From assembly GCA_963766005.1 (NCBI GenBank), contig CAVXYG010000006.1:264158-328157 (forward strand): 64,000 bases of DNA. The letters are read 5' to 3'. Shown piece by piece: positions 1-10,311 of this stretch. The first letter of the stretch is position 1, and every line of letters begins with the position of its first letter. The position numbers and the translations under genes were made by a program. Source of the stretch: an uncultured Actinomycetota bacterium. Its GTDB lineage: Bacteria > Actinomycetota > Actinomycetes > S36-B12 > GCA-2699445. Under the pieces are notes generated by a model. That model ran no database searches, was not told the DNA's origin, and saw nothing but the letters and a program-made list of their open reading frames with translations.

Positions 1-600
1 CTCATGGACTACTACGCAGAGGGCCGCGAACCGGGAGTCGTCATTGAGCCCTACTCCCCCAAGCCCACGCCGCCGACGGAGGAGGCCTCGATCGAAGGCC
101 AGGGCTAGCCTCGGCTCGCAGCGAGGCGTTGTCGATAGGCCGGCTGCGGACACCCAGCCCGGCAGTGTGGTCGCCACGACCGCATCGCTGGACCCGAGCC
201 AGTTCGCCGCGCCAAAGGACCGGGTACGGGTCGTTCGCAGCCTTCCCCCACGACGCGGTCCTGCCGCATGTCGATGCCGTCGTGACGCAGAGCGGCTGGG
301 ATCACGCAGCGCAGCCTCGCCGCCGGCGTTATCGGTGGTCGTCGTGCCCTGGGGCCGTGATCAGAACGAAACGGCCCGTCGCGCTGTTGTGAGCGGTGCC
401 GGGGTGATGCTCCCCAGCCGCAGGCTGACGCCGCAGCGCATGAGGGATGCCGTGGCCAACGCACTCGCCAGGACGGCAGGGGCGCAGCGCGTGGCCCGGG
501 GACTCGCCGGTGCGGGCGGGAGTGCCGGGGCCGTTCGGCTGCTGGGGTCGCTGCTGTCGGCGCGAGCCCCCGGACGGCGTCACGGACCCGGCGAGTGGGT
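1..600 (+). pseudogene. GT-B fold (GT1/MGT-like) glycosyltransferase, C-terminal half, frameshifted; 5' end lies upstream of the window
   Basis: Donor-binding motifs are split between two frames: 'PKDRVRVVRS' (frame of ORF 44), 'FPHDAVLPHVDAVVTQSGW' (frame of ORF 129), then 'GSRSAASPPALSVVVVPWGRDQNETARRAVVSGAGVML..LTPQRMRDAV' (frame of ORF 44 again). No stop codon before the next gene. Confidence 0.45.
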
Positions 601-688
601 CGCCGTACGTCGCGTCTCACGGGCGGCCCGGCGACTAGGGTTCGGGAAGAGCGCCCCGCACCAGCGGGACGCACGGGAGGGGAGACAG

Positions 689-2590
689 ATGGCCCTCAGG
701 GATGCGATCGCGGCCATGGACTGGCGGGATTCCGTAGTCTCCCCCGATGAAGCCGTCGCCATGATTCCGGCGGGATCGGCGGTGTACATCGGGGGCGGGT
801 GCGCCGTCCCGACCACCATCGTCGCCGCGTTGGAGGCCTCGGCGATGGAGCGTCCGGGGATCCGACTGCTGCACGACATCGCCGTACTCCCCGAGGGCCA
901 ATTCAGCGCGGCCCTGCGGCATCGCACGACCGTCGTCGGCCCCAACGACGCGCATCTCGCCGCCGTCGGACGCGAGCAGTATGTCCCGATCCTCATCGGT
1001 TCGGTCCCGCGCAGCATGTTCCAGGGCCGGATCGACGTGGACGTGGCCGTGGTGCAGGTGGCCCCCCCGGACGCCCTGGGGATGTGCAGCCTGGGGATCT
1101 CCGTCGGAACTGCACCGGCGGCCATCGCCCGTGCCAAGGTCGTCATCGGGGAGGTCAACTCGGCGATGCCGCGGGTGAAGGGCCACGCCCTGATCCCGGT
1201 GACGGCCTTCGATGCCCTGGTCGAAGTGGAGCCCGGGCTGACCGACTACAAGGCGATGGACCCGGTATCGGACCCGGAGAAGATCGCGCGCTACGTGGCG
1301 CGCCTGGTCACCGACGGCTCGACGCTGCACATCGGCTTGGGACCGATCCCCTCCCAAGTGCTGCGCTACCTCGACTCCCGCCACGACCTGGGGATCCATA
1401 GCGAGGTGGCGACCGACACGATGGTGGATCTCATCGATGCCGGGGTCATCACGGGACGGGGGAAGTCCATGTCGCGCGGGAGGGTGGTGGTGAGCCTCGC
1501 GATGGGCACCTCGAAGCTGTACGACCGGGTCGCCGATGAGTCGCTGTTCTCGCTGCGCCCGATCGAGGACGTCGCCGACCCGCGCACCGCGATGCAGCAG
1601 AGCCGGCTGGTGTCCATCGCGCAGGCGTTCTCCGCCGACCTGACGGGGCAGGTCTGCTGTGAAGCGGCCAACGGCCATCTCTACGGAGGCGTCGGCGCGG
1701 CCCCGGTCTTTCACTTCGCGGCCGCCCGCATCCCGGGCGGCCGCGCCATCCTGTGCCTGCCGTCGGTCGACGTGCACGGGCGCTCGGCGATCCGGCCGCG
1801 GCTGGATGCCAACGAGGGCGTCACGATCCCGCGATACGAGGTGCGCTGGATCGCCACGGAGCACGGCGCGGTGTACCTGCACGGGAAGTCGCTGTCGGAG
1901 CGGGCGGTGGCGATGATCGAGATCGCGCACCCCGACCACCGGTCCTCGCTGCTGGGCGAAGCCAAGCGGCTGGGTCTGATCCCCCCGGATCAGAAGATGC
2001 GCTCCCGGCGCGACTATCCGGTCGAGGAGGAACGCAGGATCACGCTGCGCGAGGGGACGGAGGTGCTGCTGCGGCCCACGACCACGACCGATGCCCAGCT
2101 GCTGCAGGAGTTGTTCTACGAGCTGGATCCGGAGTCGGTCTACACGCGGTTCTTCCGCAACCTGTCCTCGCTGACCCGCCAGGCAGCCGAGCACCTCTGC
2201 AGCGTGAGCTACTCCGATGAGATGGCCTTCGCCGCGGTCATCGGCGACGTGGAGTCCGGCGAACGGATCGTCGCGACGTCGTCCTACTACGTCGATGCCG
2301 ACACCGGCCTGGCCGATGTCGGGTACATGGTGTCGCCGGACTTCCAGGGCAAAGGGCTCGGGACGGCGCTGCACGAGCGAACCGTCGAGTACGCCAAGGC
2401 GAACGGGGTGCGCGGCTTCACCGCCGACATCCTCGAGAGCAACTCGGCGATGCTCAACGTCTTCGCCCGCGGGCCAGGTCACCTGAGCACGCATCTGTCG
2501 CAGGGGTCCTATGACGTCGAACTGCTCTTCGAGGAGCCGCCTCCCGCGGAGTACACCACGAGCAGCATCCCGGTGGTGCGCGCCCCGTAG
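689..2590 (+). CDS. acetyl-CoA hydrolase/transferase-family domain fused to a C-terminal GNAT N-acetyltransferase domain
   Basis: ORF 44..2590. In-frame ATG at 689 preceded by GGGAGGGGAGA. 'AVYIGGGCAVPTT' and 'EVATDTMVDLIDAGVITG' are CoA-transferase-like; C-terminal 'GYMVSPDFQGKGLGTALHERTVEYAKANGVRGFTADILESNSAM' is GNAT-like. Confidence 0.8.
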   Translation: MALRDAIAAMDWRDSVVSPDEAVAMIPAGSAVYIGGGCAVPTTIVAALEASAMERPGIRLLHDIAVLPEGQFSAALRHRTTVVGPNDAHLAAVGREQYVPILIGSVPRSMFQGRIDVDVAVVQVAPPDALGMCSLGISVGTAPAAIARAKVVIGEVNSAMPRVKGHALIPVTAFDALVEVEPGLTDYKAMDPVSDPEKIARYVARLVTDGSTLHIGLGPIPSQVLRYLDSRHDLGIHSEVATDTMVDLIDAGVITGRGKSMSRGRVVVSLAMGTSKLYDRVADESLFSLRPIEDVADPRTAMQQSRLVSIAQAFSADLTGQVCCEAANGHLYGGVGAAPVFHFAAARIPGGRAILCLPSVDVHGRSAIRPRLDANEGVTIPRYEVRWIATEHGAVYLHGKSLSERAVAMIEIAHPDHRSSLLGEAKRLGLIPPDQKMRSRRDYPVEEERRITLREGTEVLLRPTTTTDAQLLQELFYELDPESVYTRFFRNLSSLTRQAAEHLCSVSYSDEMAFAAVIGDVESGERIVATSSYYVDADTGLADVGYMVSPDFQGKGLGTALHERTVEYAKANGVRGFTADILESNSAMLNVFARGPGHLSTHLSQGSYDVELLFEEPPPAEYTTSSIPVVRAP

Positions 2591-3087
2591 GCTCGTTGAG
2601 CGGAGATCACCTGACGGTGTCGCGGTCGTGTCGCGGGGCACCCAGTGGTGGCGTACCCCGGTCGGCATGCCAGCGGGGACCTCGCCGCCAGCCGGCGGCC
2701 CATCCGGTGCGAGTGACGTGCGCCGAGACGGGGACCACTGCAGGCCGAACTCCGGCAGAGCGATGTGTGCCGATGCGGCCGCGATGCGGTGGTCGATCGC
2801 ACCGTAGCCGAGGGTGCCTGTCGTAGCCGCACGGTGGCGGTCCTACCTCGCGATGCGCGGAGGGCGTCCGGCGCGGCAACCAACGACCACGGCCGCTGCC
2901 GAGCACGAGCGTCACGACCGCGCGATTCCTGGCCGTCCCCGCGGCGCTGAGCCGGGACAGCCCACGCAGCATCCCCGGACTGCCGGACAGGACTCGGGCT
3001 CCATCCGTTGGGTCACGTCCCTCACGACGCGACCGCCACGTGGCACCCCGCCTTGACGGTCTGGGCCCGGGCAGGTTCGCGGCAGGA

Positions 3088-3474
3088 TCAGGAGCGATCT
3101 GCGTCGGCCTCCGCCGCCGCCGCTTCAGCATCCTCGACCGTCTCCTGCGCCGCCTCGGCGAGGCGTTCGGCCGCCTTCGACGCGGCCGCGTCGGCTCGCT
3201 CGGCACTCTCGGCAGCTGCTACCGCGGCCCCTTCGGCGCGCAGGGAGACCTTCTCTGCAGCGGTACGCGTCGTGTCGGCGAAGGCCAATGCGCCCGATTC
3301 GACACCGTCGGCGACCGTATGCGCCTTCTCGGCCGCGGCGCCGGCGCCCTCGGCGAGCTTGTCCGCCACGCCCTTCGCTTGCGGTGAGGCCAGGATCTCG
3401 TCCTTGTTGCGGGCTGCCAGGATTGCTCCGCCGGCCGCTGCCGCGAGAAGCCCGATGACCAGTACCTTCTTCAT
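3088..3474 (-). CDS. small membrane-anchored Ala/Glu-rich protein, function unknown
   Basis: 128-aa ORF. N-terminal hydrophobic segment 'KKVLVIGLLAAAAGGAILAA' followed by a low-complexity Ala/Glu-rich region. Confidence 0.55.
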   Translation of the reverse strand: MKKVLVIGLLAAAAGGAILAARNKDEILASPQAKGVADKLAEGAGAAAEKAHTVADGVESGALAFADTTRTAAEKVSLRAEGAAVAAAESAERADAAASKAAERLAEAAQETVEDAEAAAAEADADRS

Positions 3475-3807
3475 GCCTGCCCCAATCCGAACACGCTCAC
3501 GCCACTGCGCCGACGGTCAGCCGACCAGGATCAGGATCGTGCGCCACCGAACATCTGCCGCGCAGTGGCGCCACTGCACCGGCAGCCACGAGGACCGCTG
3601 TCCTGATCCACAGCAACGATGCCATGCAGGCGGGGTGAGTTCGACTCGGGGCCGGATCTTCCTCCCGCGGATCGTGCGTGGTGGGCGCTGTGGTTGTGCC
3701 GCAGTGCGACCGCATTCAGCGATGTCTGGTCTGGCGGTCCGGTGCTCCTCGATTGTGGCTGCGCGAATCGGTGACCGGCCGTTGTCGGGGGCAAGCGAGC
3801 ACTCGTG

Positions 3808-4185
3808 TCAGGTCGCGTCTGGCCCGTCGACGGGGAACACGAGCTGCCCCTCGCCCACCCGCGAGACCAACACTTCGCCAGCCTCCGGCGAACTGTTGCC
3901 TTCGCGATGCACGGTGTTCTTGGGCACCTCAAAGTACTCGCCCTCGCCGATCTCGAGCTTCTGGCTCCCACCAGGGCCGAACTCCAGGGTGATGCTTCCC
4001 TTGAGGACGTATCCCATGGTCACGTTGTCGCCGTGGTGGTGCCACCCGGACATGGTCGCGGGATCCGCCTCGACGTGCCCGAACCAGTGCCCATCACCCT
4101 CGAATGCCGTGCGGCGCGTCAATCCAGGGGTTCCCTGTGCTTCGCGCAGCTCGACGTCGGTCAACTTGCGTACCGGCTCACTCAT
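3808..4185 (-). CDS. cupin-domain protein
   Basis: ORF 3808..4257. Start moved to in-frame ATG 4185 (MSEPVRK). 'GWHHHGDNVTMGYVLKG...EGEYFEVPKNTVHRE' resembles the two cupin motifs. Confidence 0.7.
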   Translation of the reverse strand: MSEPVRKLTDVELREAQGTPGLTRRTAFEGDGHWFGHVEADPATMSGWHHHGDNVTMGYVLKGSITLEFGPGGSQKLEIGEGEYFEVPKNTVHREGNSSPEAGEVLVSRVGEGQLVFPVDGPDAT

Positions 4186-4569
4186 CTCCGCTCCCATCCA
4201 GGATGCACCGTCCAGGTTCAATGTCGACCCGACGGGCCACGTCAAGTAGCCGCCCACGAACTGGAGCTGTCCGTCCCCGTTACCTTGCTGTTGACCCTCT
4301 TCGGAGGGTTGCGGTCACCTGGTCCGGCATGGCTTACCGCCCCTGTCGTTGATGATCCGGGGGCCCGCCACATCCGGGACGCCCAGAACCGACCCGGACC
4401 CCCTCAGTCAAACAAGTCGGGGGTGTTGCCACCGGGCCGGGTGGCGTCGGCGGACCGCTGATAGGGACATGGCCGCAGCGTTTCGGCGGTCTCTTCGTAA
4501 CGTGGATGCCGGCAGTCGGCGCCAAGCCGGTGACCGCCCCTTCGAGGTGGAAGGACGTGGCACCGGTGA

Positions 4570-4726
4570 GCGGGTACTCGGTGTTCTGCGGATTGGACGT
4601 CGGTAAGGGGGCGTCACGACTGCGCCCTGGATCCCGGCGGGCGGCGGCTGTTCGACGACGAACTGCCCCAGGACGCCCATTCCTGGCCATGTGGCGCCAC
4701 TGCCCGATGACTCAGGCGAGGTGCTA
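4570..4726 (+). mobile_element. IS110-family transposase N-terminal fragment (about 45 codons, frameshifted, rest missing)
   Basis: 'VFCGLDVGKG' followed, after a frame change, by 'RHDCALDPGGRRLFDDELPQD'. This is the typical N-terminus of IS110-type DEDD transposases; no downstream continuation. Confidence 0.45.
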
Positions 4727-4872
4727 GCCCGAACGCTCCACCTCCGGAGAAGGGTCTGAGTCGCACACCCTGGTGGGGACGAGACCGCGGAGGCCGGTGC
4801 TGAACTGGCCGGTTGCCTGCGCGAGAATCCTGAGGCTTCCCGCATGCGGCGGCCCGACCGAAGGAGACCACC

Positions 4873-5651
4873 ATGGCTGACGTTCGATCTGGCGCCGAGG
4901 CGAGTCGACACGAGGGCGACACCGATGTCGCGGTGCTGCTGATCCACGGCTTCTCCGGTTCCACGGCGTCGGTCCGCCCGTGAGGGGAGTACCTGCACAA
5001 GTACGGCTACACCGTGGTCTGCCCGCGGCTGCCGGGCCACGGCACCACGTGGCAGGACATTGAGCAGACCACTTGGCAGGACTGGTATGCGAGGCGGAGC
5101 AGGCCTTCGACGAGCTCGTCGGGCAGTACCGGCGAGCCTTCGTGGGGGGCCTGTCGATGGGCGGAGCACTCGCGCTGCGGCTGGCCGGGGAGCGCAGCGC
5201 CGACGTTTCCGGGGTGATGGTGGTCAATCCAGCGATGCGGCCTCCGGACCGTGCGGACGTCCCGCTGCTGCTGGCCATGGACCGCATCGGCCTGCTGGGC
5301 CCGCTCGCCAACGTGATGCCGACCGTCCCCGGTGGTGGCAACGACATCAAGAAGCCGGGCCAGGACGAGGTCGCCTACGACCGGGTGCCCATCAAGGCCG
5401 GCATCCAGATGCTGAATCTGCAGGTGGACGTCCGGGGAATCCTGCCGCAAGTCACGCAGCCGGTGATCGTGTTCACGGCGCCGGAGGACCATGTGGCGGG
5501 CCCGGCGAACTCCGACATCGTGATGACCGAGACGGGCTCGCTGCGCAAGACCCAGGTCCTGCTGCCCGAGTCCTACCACGTGGCGACGTTGGACAACGAC
5601 GCGGAGACCATCTTCGCCGAGAGCCTGGAGTTCATCCTCCGCCACGGATGA
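4873..5651 (+). pseudogene. alpha/beta-hydrolase (carboxylesterase/lysophospholipase-like), inactivated by an in-frame TGA and a frameshift
   Basis: AAGGAG RBS plus ATG 4873 gives 'MADV..VAVLLIHGFSGSTASVRP' then TGA at 4981-4983 (where W is expected). It continues 'GEYLHKYGYTVVCPRLPGHGTTWQDIEQTTWQDWY'. The frame changes near 5083-5090 into ORF 5073..5651 ('FVGGLSMGGALALRLA' nucleophile elbow). Confidence 0.8.
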
Positions 5652-6011
5652 GCCTTGCCAACCGCGTGCCCGGGCATGGTGTATCTGGATGCCCAATCCC
5701 CTGCGATTGCCGCGACCCAAGCCGCACAACGGCCGGCCCTCCGTGCGCGGCACCCTCACTCGCACCCGCCTGAATCAGCGACCCGCCATCCTGCCGGCAC
5801 GATCAACGGTGAGGCAAAGGGAACCCGTGCTAGGCCTGAGACGGCGGCGCCGGCTCGGCGATCAGCCGGATCAGTCGCGACTTCGCCCTCGATGCCAGGG
5901 GTGCCCGCCATCTGCGGGCGCCGCTGCCTGAGACGCACGCCGGGGCGGGAGCGCGAGCAGGGGTACTTGCCTCGCAACGGACCGCCGCCCCGGCTGTCGG
6001 CAGACAACACC

Positions 6012-6713
6012 TCAGCCGACCTCGATGGTGATGCTCTCTAGCGCGACCGCGAACCCAGTGTCCTCGGCGATCACGCGATAGCCAGCGAACTCCAGCGGGT
6101 ACCGCTGGTCACCCAGGTAGGAGGTGGGTGCCGAGCCACCGGCCTGGAAAAGAATCGCGGAGTAGGGCGCATCGACCGAGTTGTCGACCGTGAGCGTCAT
6201 GGATTGGGCGCTGCCGCACTCCCCGTCGGGCGCCTTCGCGAGAACCTGGCTTGTGGCCATATCCACCAGTTCCGCCGGGGTGCCGTCCGACCAGCAGGCC
6301 AGCCAGATGCCGGCTCCCGGATCCCGTCCCCACACCTCCATCATCCACGTCCCGGTCGGTTCCCCGGGTCCGCTCGGCGCGCCCCAGGTCGCGGTCAGCG
6401 TGACGCTCTGAGCGGCCGGCAGCGGCCAGGATTGCGCCATGGGTACCCGTTGCTCCTCGGGCGTGATCACCAGAGCCCCGCTGCGTACCTGCGTCGTTCC
6501 ATCCTCCGATGTCTCGGGCGCTGCGTCCGGCATCGTTGTGTAGTCCTGTTGGGCCACGACGTCCGCGGGTGGCTGGGGAGCCTGCGCCTCGTCGGTGCCG
6601 GAGTCGGGCTGGCCGCACCCCGCCAGCGCAAGACTCAGGGCGACAGCGCCCACCGTCACCGCCCCGGTGAGGCGTCGAGCAGTGGGTCGATGGTGGTGCA
6701 GCGGAGCAGTCAT
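6012..6713 (-). CDS. lipoprotein, function unknown
   Basis: ORF 6012..6854. In-frame ATG 6713 (MTAPLHHH) after a GA-rich RBS. Signal peptide with lipobox 'ALSLALAGC'. Confidence 0.7.
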   Translation of the reverse strand: MTAPLHHHRPTARRLTGAVTVGAVALSLALAGCGQPDSGTDEAQAPQPPADVVAQQDYTTMPDAAPETSEDGTTQVRSGALVITPEEQRVPMAQSWPLPAAQSVTLTATWGAPSGPGEPTGTWMMEVWGRDPGAGIWLACWSDGTPAELVDMATSQVLAKAPDGECGSAQSMTLTVDNSVDAPYSAILFQAGGSAPTSYLGDQRYPLEFAGYRVIAEDTGFAVALESITIEVG

Positions 6714-7550
6714 GGTTCCCCTCTCGCCCGTGCCCGCCTCCGATCGGCAGGCGTCACTACCACCGTGTGCCGCGCAGCGGCGCGCCGCCAGGGTCCCAAG
6801 TCCGTGACGCTGAATCCCTTTGTGGCAGCCAGGCTCGGTCGACGACGCCGCCACGTGCCAGGCGATCCGTACCGGCTGACCCTCGGCTCAAGCCGTACTG
6901 GCATCCGGAGCAGCTCGGTGTCCAGTGGGCAGAGCGCGCTGCTCGCGCCACCAGCCGGCTCGTCGTGCAAGTCCGGGGGAAGTGGCGCAGCGCTGCGCCA
7001 CCCCATCCTGGGGCTGCTGCCAAGAAGCGTGTCACCAGCCGCCAGCGAGCGGCCACCGATCGGCTGCCGTGGAGACGCCGGGGCCGATGAGCGCCATGCC
7101 GCGGACAGTCTCAGGCAGCTCCGCCGCGGGCGGTCAGCCCCACGGCTCGTGGGGCAGGGAGTGAGCTGGGGGCCCCGGGTTGTTGCCCGCGGCGGCGGAC
7201 CCGTGTTCTGGCTACTCAATCCTGAGACACGTGAGGGGGCGCAGAGGGGCTGACCGCGAGAAGGACGTCAGGGCAGGTCGAGCCGGCTGAACTGATCGCG
7301 CTCGACGCGTCCTTACGGCGCCACGTGGGTCCTGAAGAGTGGAGTGAGACCACGGCGGTCGGCCGGGGCCAGGGTGTGGCCCAATCGGGAGCCGGGCTGG
7401 TGCATCGCCCCGCCGCACCGCATCCCGCGGCGGGCACCAGTGCGGGATGCGGTGCGGCGACGCAACCCGTTGAGGATCCGGTACCGCGTGAGCAGCGCTC
7501 ACTCGCCGCAGGAAGCGCGACACGGTCAGCCCTGCTGGACTGCTGCTCGC

Positions 7551-7605
7551 GTTCTTCCAGTGCGACTCGATCTGCTCGATGGTTTCGTCGGGGGGTGTTC
7601 TCATC
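7551..7605 (-). repeat. dispersed ~55-bp repeat, copy 1 (encodes 'DENTPDETIEQIESHWKN'); probable relic of a mobile-element gene
   Basis: Reverse complement closely matches 21514..21568 (core ACCATCGAGCAGATCGA.TC.CACTGGAAGAAC with 2 mismatches). Confidence 0.6.
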
Positions 7606-7699
7606 AACCACCTTGAGGACTGACACCTCGCACCTCCTGGGCCCCTGCTTCGCCGCCGCCCGGAGCGCCACGTCGCCACCATGGCCACCGTCGGCGTAG

Positions 7700-8089
7700 T
7701 CCATCCAGCGTGGCCACCCTCGACAGCGAGGTCGCCCGCCGCAGAGCGGAGGGCGCGGCGGTGGCCGGCTGCATCCTGCACACCGACAGAGGCTCGCAAT
7801 TTCGATCCAGGAAGCACGTCCGGGCCCCAGCACCGGCACGGCATGGTCGGCTCGATGGGCCGTGTCGGCGCCGCCGGGGACGACACCGCCCATGGAGAGT
7901 TCCTTCGCACTGCTGCAGAAGAACGTCCTGGACCGGCGATCCTGGGCGCCCCGCGACGAACTCCGGATCGCGATCGTGACCTGGATCGAGCGCACCTACC
8001 ATCGGCGCCGCAGGCAGGACTCCCTCCGCCGCATGGCTCCCATCGAGTTCGAAACCGTCATGACCACGTCAGCCGCTCAGGCTGCCTGA
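7700..8089 (+). mobile_element. IS3-family transposase OrfB C-terminal (DDE/rve) fragment, frameshifted
   Basis: 'ILHTDRGSQFRS', 'HGMVGSMGRVGAAGDD' and 'MESSFALLQKNVLDRRSWAPRDELRIAIVTWIERTYHRRRRQ..PIEFE' are spread over three frames. The N-terminal part of OrfB and all of OrfA are absent. Confidence 0.75.
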
Positions 8090-8410
8090 CTGGGAACTGT
8101 CACCTGATCGTGCAGCAGTCCCAGGGCAGCATCGACCCGTCCGTGGCCTGGCACACCTGAGTAGGCGGCCTGCTGAAGGGCTGTCGGCGCGCTCGACCAT
8201 GGTTTCCCAGGCCCCTTCCAGCACCGTCCCGGTGTGTCGTGAGGGGCCGGTCACGTGGCCCAGTCGCAAGGAGGCAGGAGCGGACTCCGCTCGGGCTGAA
8301 CCCACATGGGTGTTCACTCTGCAAGGGGCGAGCCGCTCGGAGCAGCGTCGCCGACAACTGCTAGCGTCGCGGCAGCGGTCCGAAGGGCGGGTCGATGAAG
8401 GAGGAGAAGC

Positions 8411-8837
8411 ATGAAGCGAGTCCTGGCTGCGTCCGGCATTGCATGCCTGGCAACCGTAATGGTGGCGGGACCAGCCGCTGCCGACCCGAAGAGCGATTTC
8501 CTCATCGATGTGGATTGTGGGGACGGTGTCGTGCAGGTCGTGTCCCCGGACAATGATGCGCCGTGGTCACCTGCCCTCGCCACCGGTAGCAATGCCGTCT
8601 ACCAGCCGCTCGGCTTCAAGGACGAGACGGGTCTCGGCGAGGTCCTCGATGGCCCCAATGCAGGCTTCGATGTTCGAGTTCGACGGCGAGGACTCGATGA
8701 AGAACGGGAAGCGCAAGGGCGTGGATGTGCAGGAATGCAGCTTCTCGTCTGAGTTCGAGTTCTACGACGAGGACTTCGAAGGCAACGTTCTCGTCACCTT
8801 CTCGGGAACGGTCTACCTCAAGACCACCGCTCGGTAG
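8411..8837 (+). pseudogene. small secreted protein, frameshifted near 8640-8670
   Basis: Signal peptide 'MKRVLAASGIACLATVMVAGPAAA' in ORF 8411..8752. A plausible C-terminus 'FEFDGEDSMKNGKRKGVDVQECSFSSEFEFYDEDFEGNVLVTFSGTVYLKTT' continues in ORF 8508..8837. Confidence 0.45.
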
Positions 8838-9089
8838 CGGTCCACGCCCACTGCTCCGTCCGTGCGGAGATCGCCCCGCCAGCCGGGCAGAAACCATCGT
8901 GGGGGCGGACCCATCGCGGGTGCGCCCCCACGAGTTTCTGCAGTGCCGCACCTGGATGCTGACCGTGCCGCCTGCGATCACCGGGGCGGACTCGGTGAGG
9001 ATCGCCGGCCGCTGGCTAGCGGCAGCGGGACCTTCTCCCCTCTCCGTCCTCTCGAGCTGCAAAAGGGGTTCGGACTGCGTTCGCAGAAC

Positions 9090-9233
9090 ATGAGCGACCT
9101 CGCACGTCGTGCGGGCATGAGCCGCGACGGGCTGTGCAAGGCTCTCTCGGCCGACGGCAACCCGACCTGGTCGACCATCCTGAAGGTCACCCACGGCCTC
9201 GGCCTGCGCTTCGAGCTGCACACCGTCGCCTGA
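9090..9233 (+). pseudogene. HigA-family (addiction-module antidote, HTH) antitoxin, C-terminal fragment only
   Basis: 'MSDLARRAGMSRDGLCKALSADGNPTWSTILKVTHGLGLRFEL' matches the HTH half of HigA-type antidotes. The N-terminal half and a partner toxin are not recognisable upstream. Confidence 0.5.
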
Positions 9234-9518
9234 CAGACCGGCCCCCGGAGCGCGGCCAGGTCCGGGGCGGCCATCGGCACCCGTGGGCGCGCGCGGGAAA
9301 GCAGCCCGACTGCGCTGGGGTTCGTCCCCTAGTCACGGTTATGGGAGCAGCGAGCGGTGGCGGAACGGCGACACCTGATCCGCCGGGCGGGAACGAGTCC
9401 GGCTGCTGTGAGCGGTGCGCAGGACACGACGTCACAGAAGCCGAACACCGCCCGGCCCGGCGCTCGGTTGCCGCGCCAACTGCTCAAACCGGGAACCGGT
9501 TCGAGCTGAGACAGCGAC

Positions 9519-9986
9519 TCACGCGGTGGACTTCCGCTGCGGCTCGATGACCTCGTGCGTCCTCGCGGTCCGCTCCGGCGGTGTGCGACGCAGCGACTTG
9601 ACACTCAGCGCGGCGATGAGGAGAGCGACAAGCATGCCCGCGATGCTGACCAGCAGCGCGGCGTTGAACCCGCTGTCCGCGATGTGCCCGACCATCTCGA
9701 CCAGACCCCAGGCGGCGATCACAGCGGCCACGACCAGGTTGGTGTAGCGCGTTGCGCGGTGGTCGAAACTCAACGTCATGACCGACAGTGCCAACGGAAT
9801 GATGGCGAACACGGCCATGTAGTAGCCGACCCAGCCGTCGGTGGCGAAGCCCTCGATCTCCCCTGCCAGCACCTCCTCCAGCGCGCCAGGCTGCACCAGC
9901 AGCCCCAGCAGCATCGAGAAGGTCGCGGCCGCTGCCCACAGCGCCCACAGGATTGCGATTCGGATTCTGACGTCAATCCCCTTCAT
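9519..9986 (-). CDS. integral membrane protein (about 4 TM segments), function unknown
   Basis: ORF 9519..10061. In-frame ATG 9986 (MKGIDV) preceded by GAGGGAGGAAG. Strongly hydrophobic segments. Confidence 0.65.
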   Translation of the reverse strand: MKGIDVRIRIAILWALWAAAATFSMLLGLLVQPGALEEVLAGEIEGFATDGWVGYYMAVFAIIPLALSVMTLSFDHRATRYTNLVVAAVIAAWGLVEMVGHIADSGFNAALLVSIAGMLVALLIAALSVKSLRRTPPERTARTHEVIEPQRKSTA

Positions 9987-10311
9987 GAGGCTTCCTCCCT
10001 CGATGTGGGACCCAAACAGGTCTCGCACTTCCCGCCTACCGCTGGCTGACGGGTCGGGCAAGGGTCACAGGACGTGCAGGTTGTACTCGTCGGTCTGGGC
10101 GGTGACTATCGGCCCTGGACACGACCCGGCAGCGCCGATACGCACGAAGAGCAGCCGCGGCTTCAGCGGGCCTGACGGCAGGTTCTCCCGCGGCGGCGGG
10201 ACTTGGGGAGCGTGCAGCGGATGCTGACCAAGCCGATGGAAACCCCGGAAGAGCCCGCGCCCCGACAGGTGCGGCCAACCCTGACACGCGAGGATCGACA
10301 GAGGTGACGAC

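Noticed and set aside
635-2668. Very long ORFs on the opposite strand or in other frames of real genes, for example 635..2668 (-), 32454..34160 (+), 35049..37883 (+), 36406..38799 (+), 44213..46426 (+), 48306..50552 (-).
   Set aside because: Arg/Gly/Pro/His-rich translations with no motifs, overlapping confidently identified genes. These are typical stop-poor shadow ORFs of 70% GC DNA.
2591-3087. Apparent gene-free gaps (2591-3087, 5652-6011, 8090-8410, 23443-23945, 43150-43528) scanned for genes or RNAs.
   Set aside because: They contain only Arg/Pro-rich shadow ORFs. I could not recognise any protein family, tRNA-like fold or riboswitch-like conserved core by eye. They may hold further unrecognisable relics.
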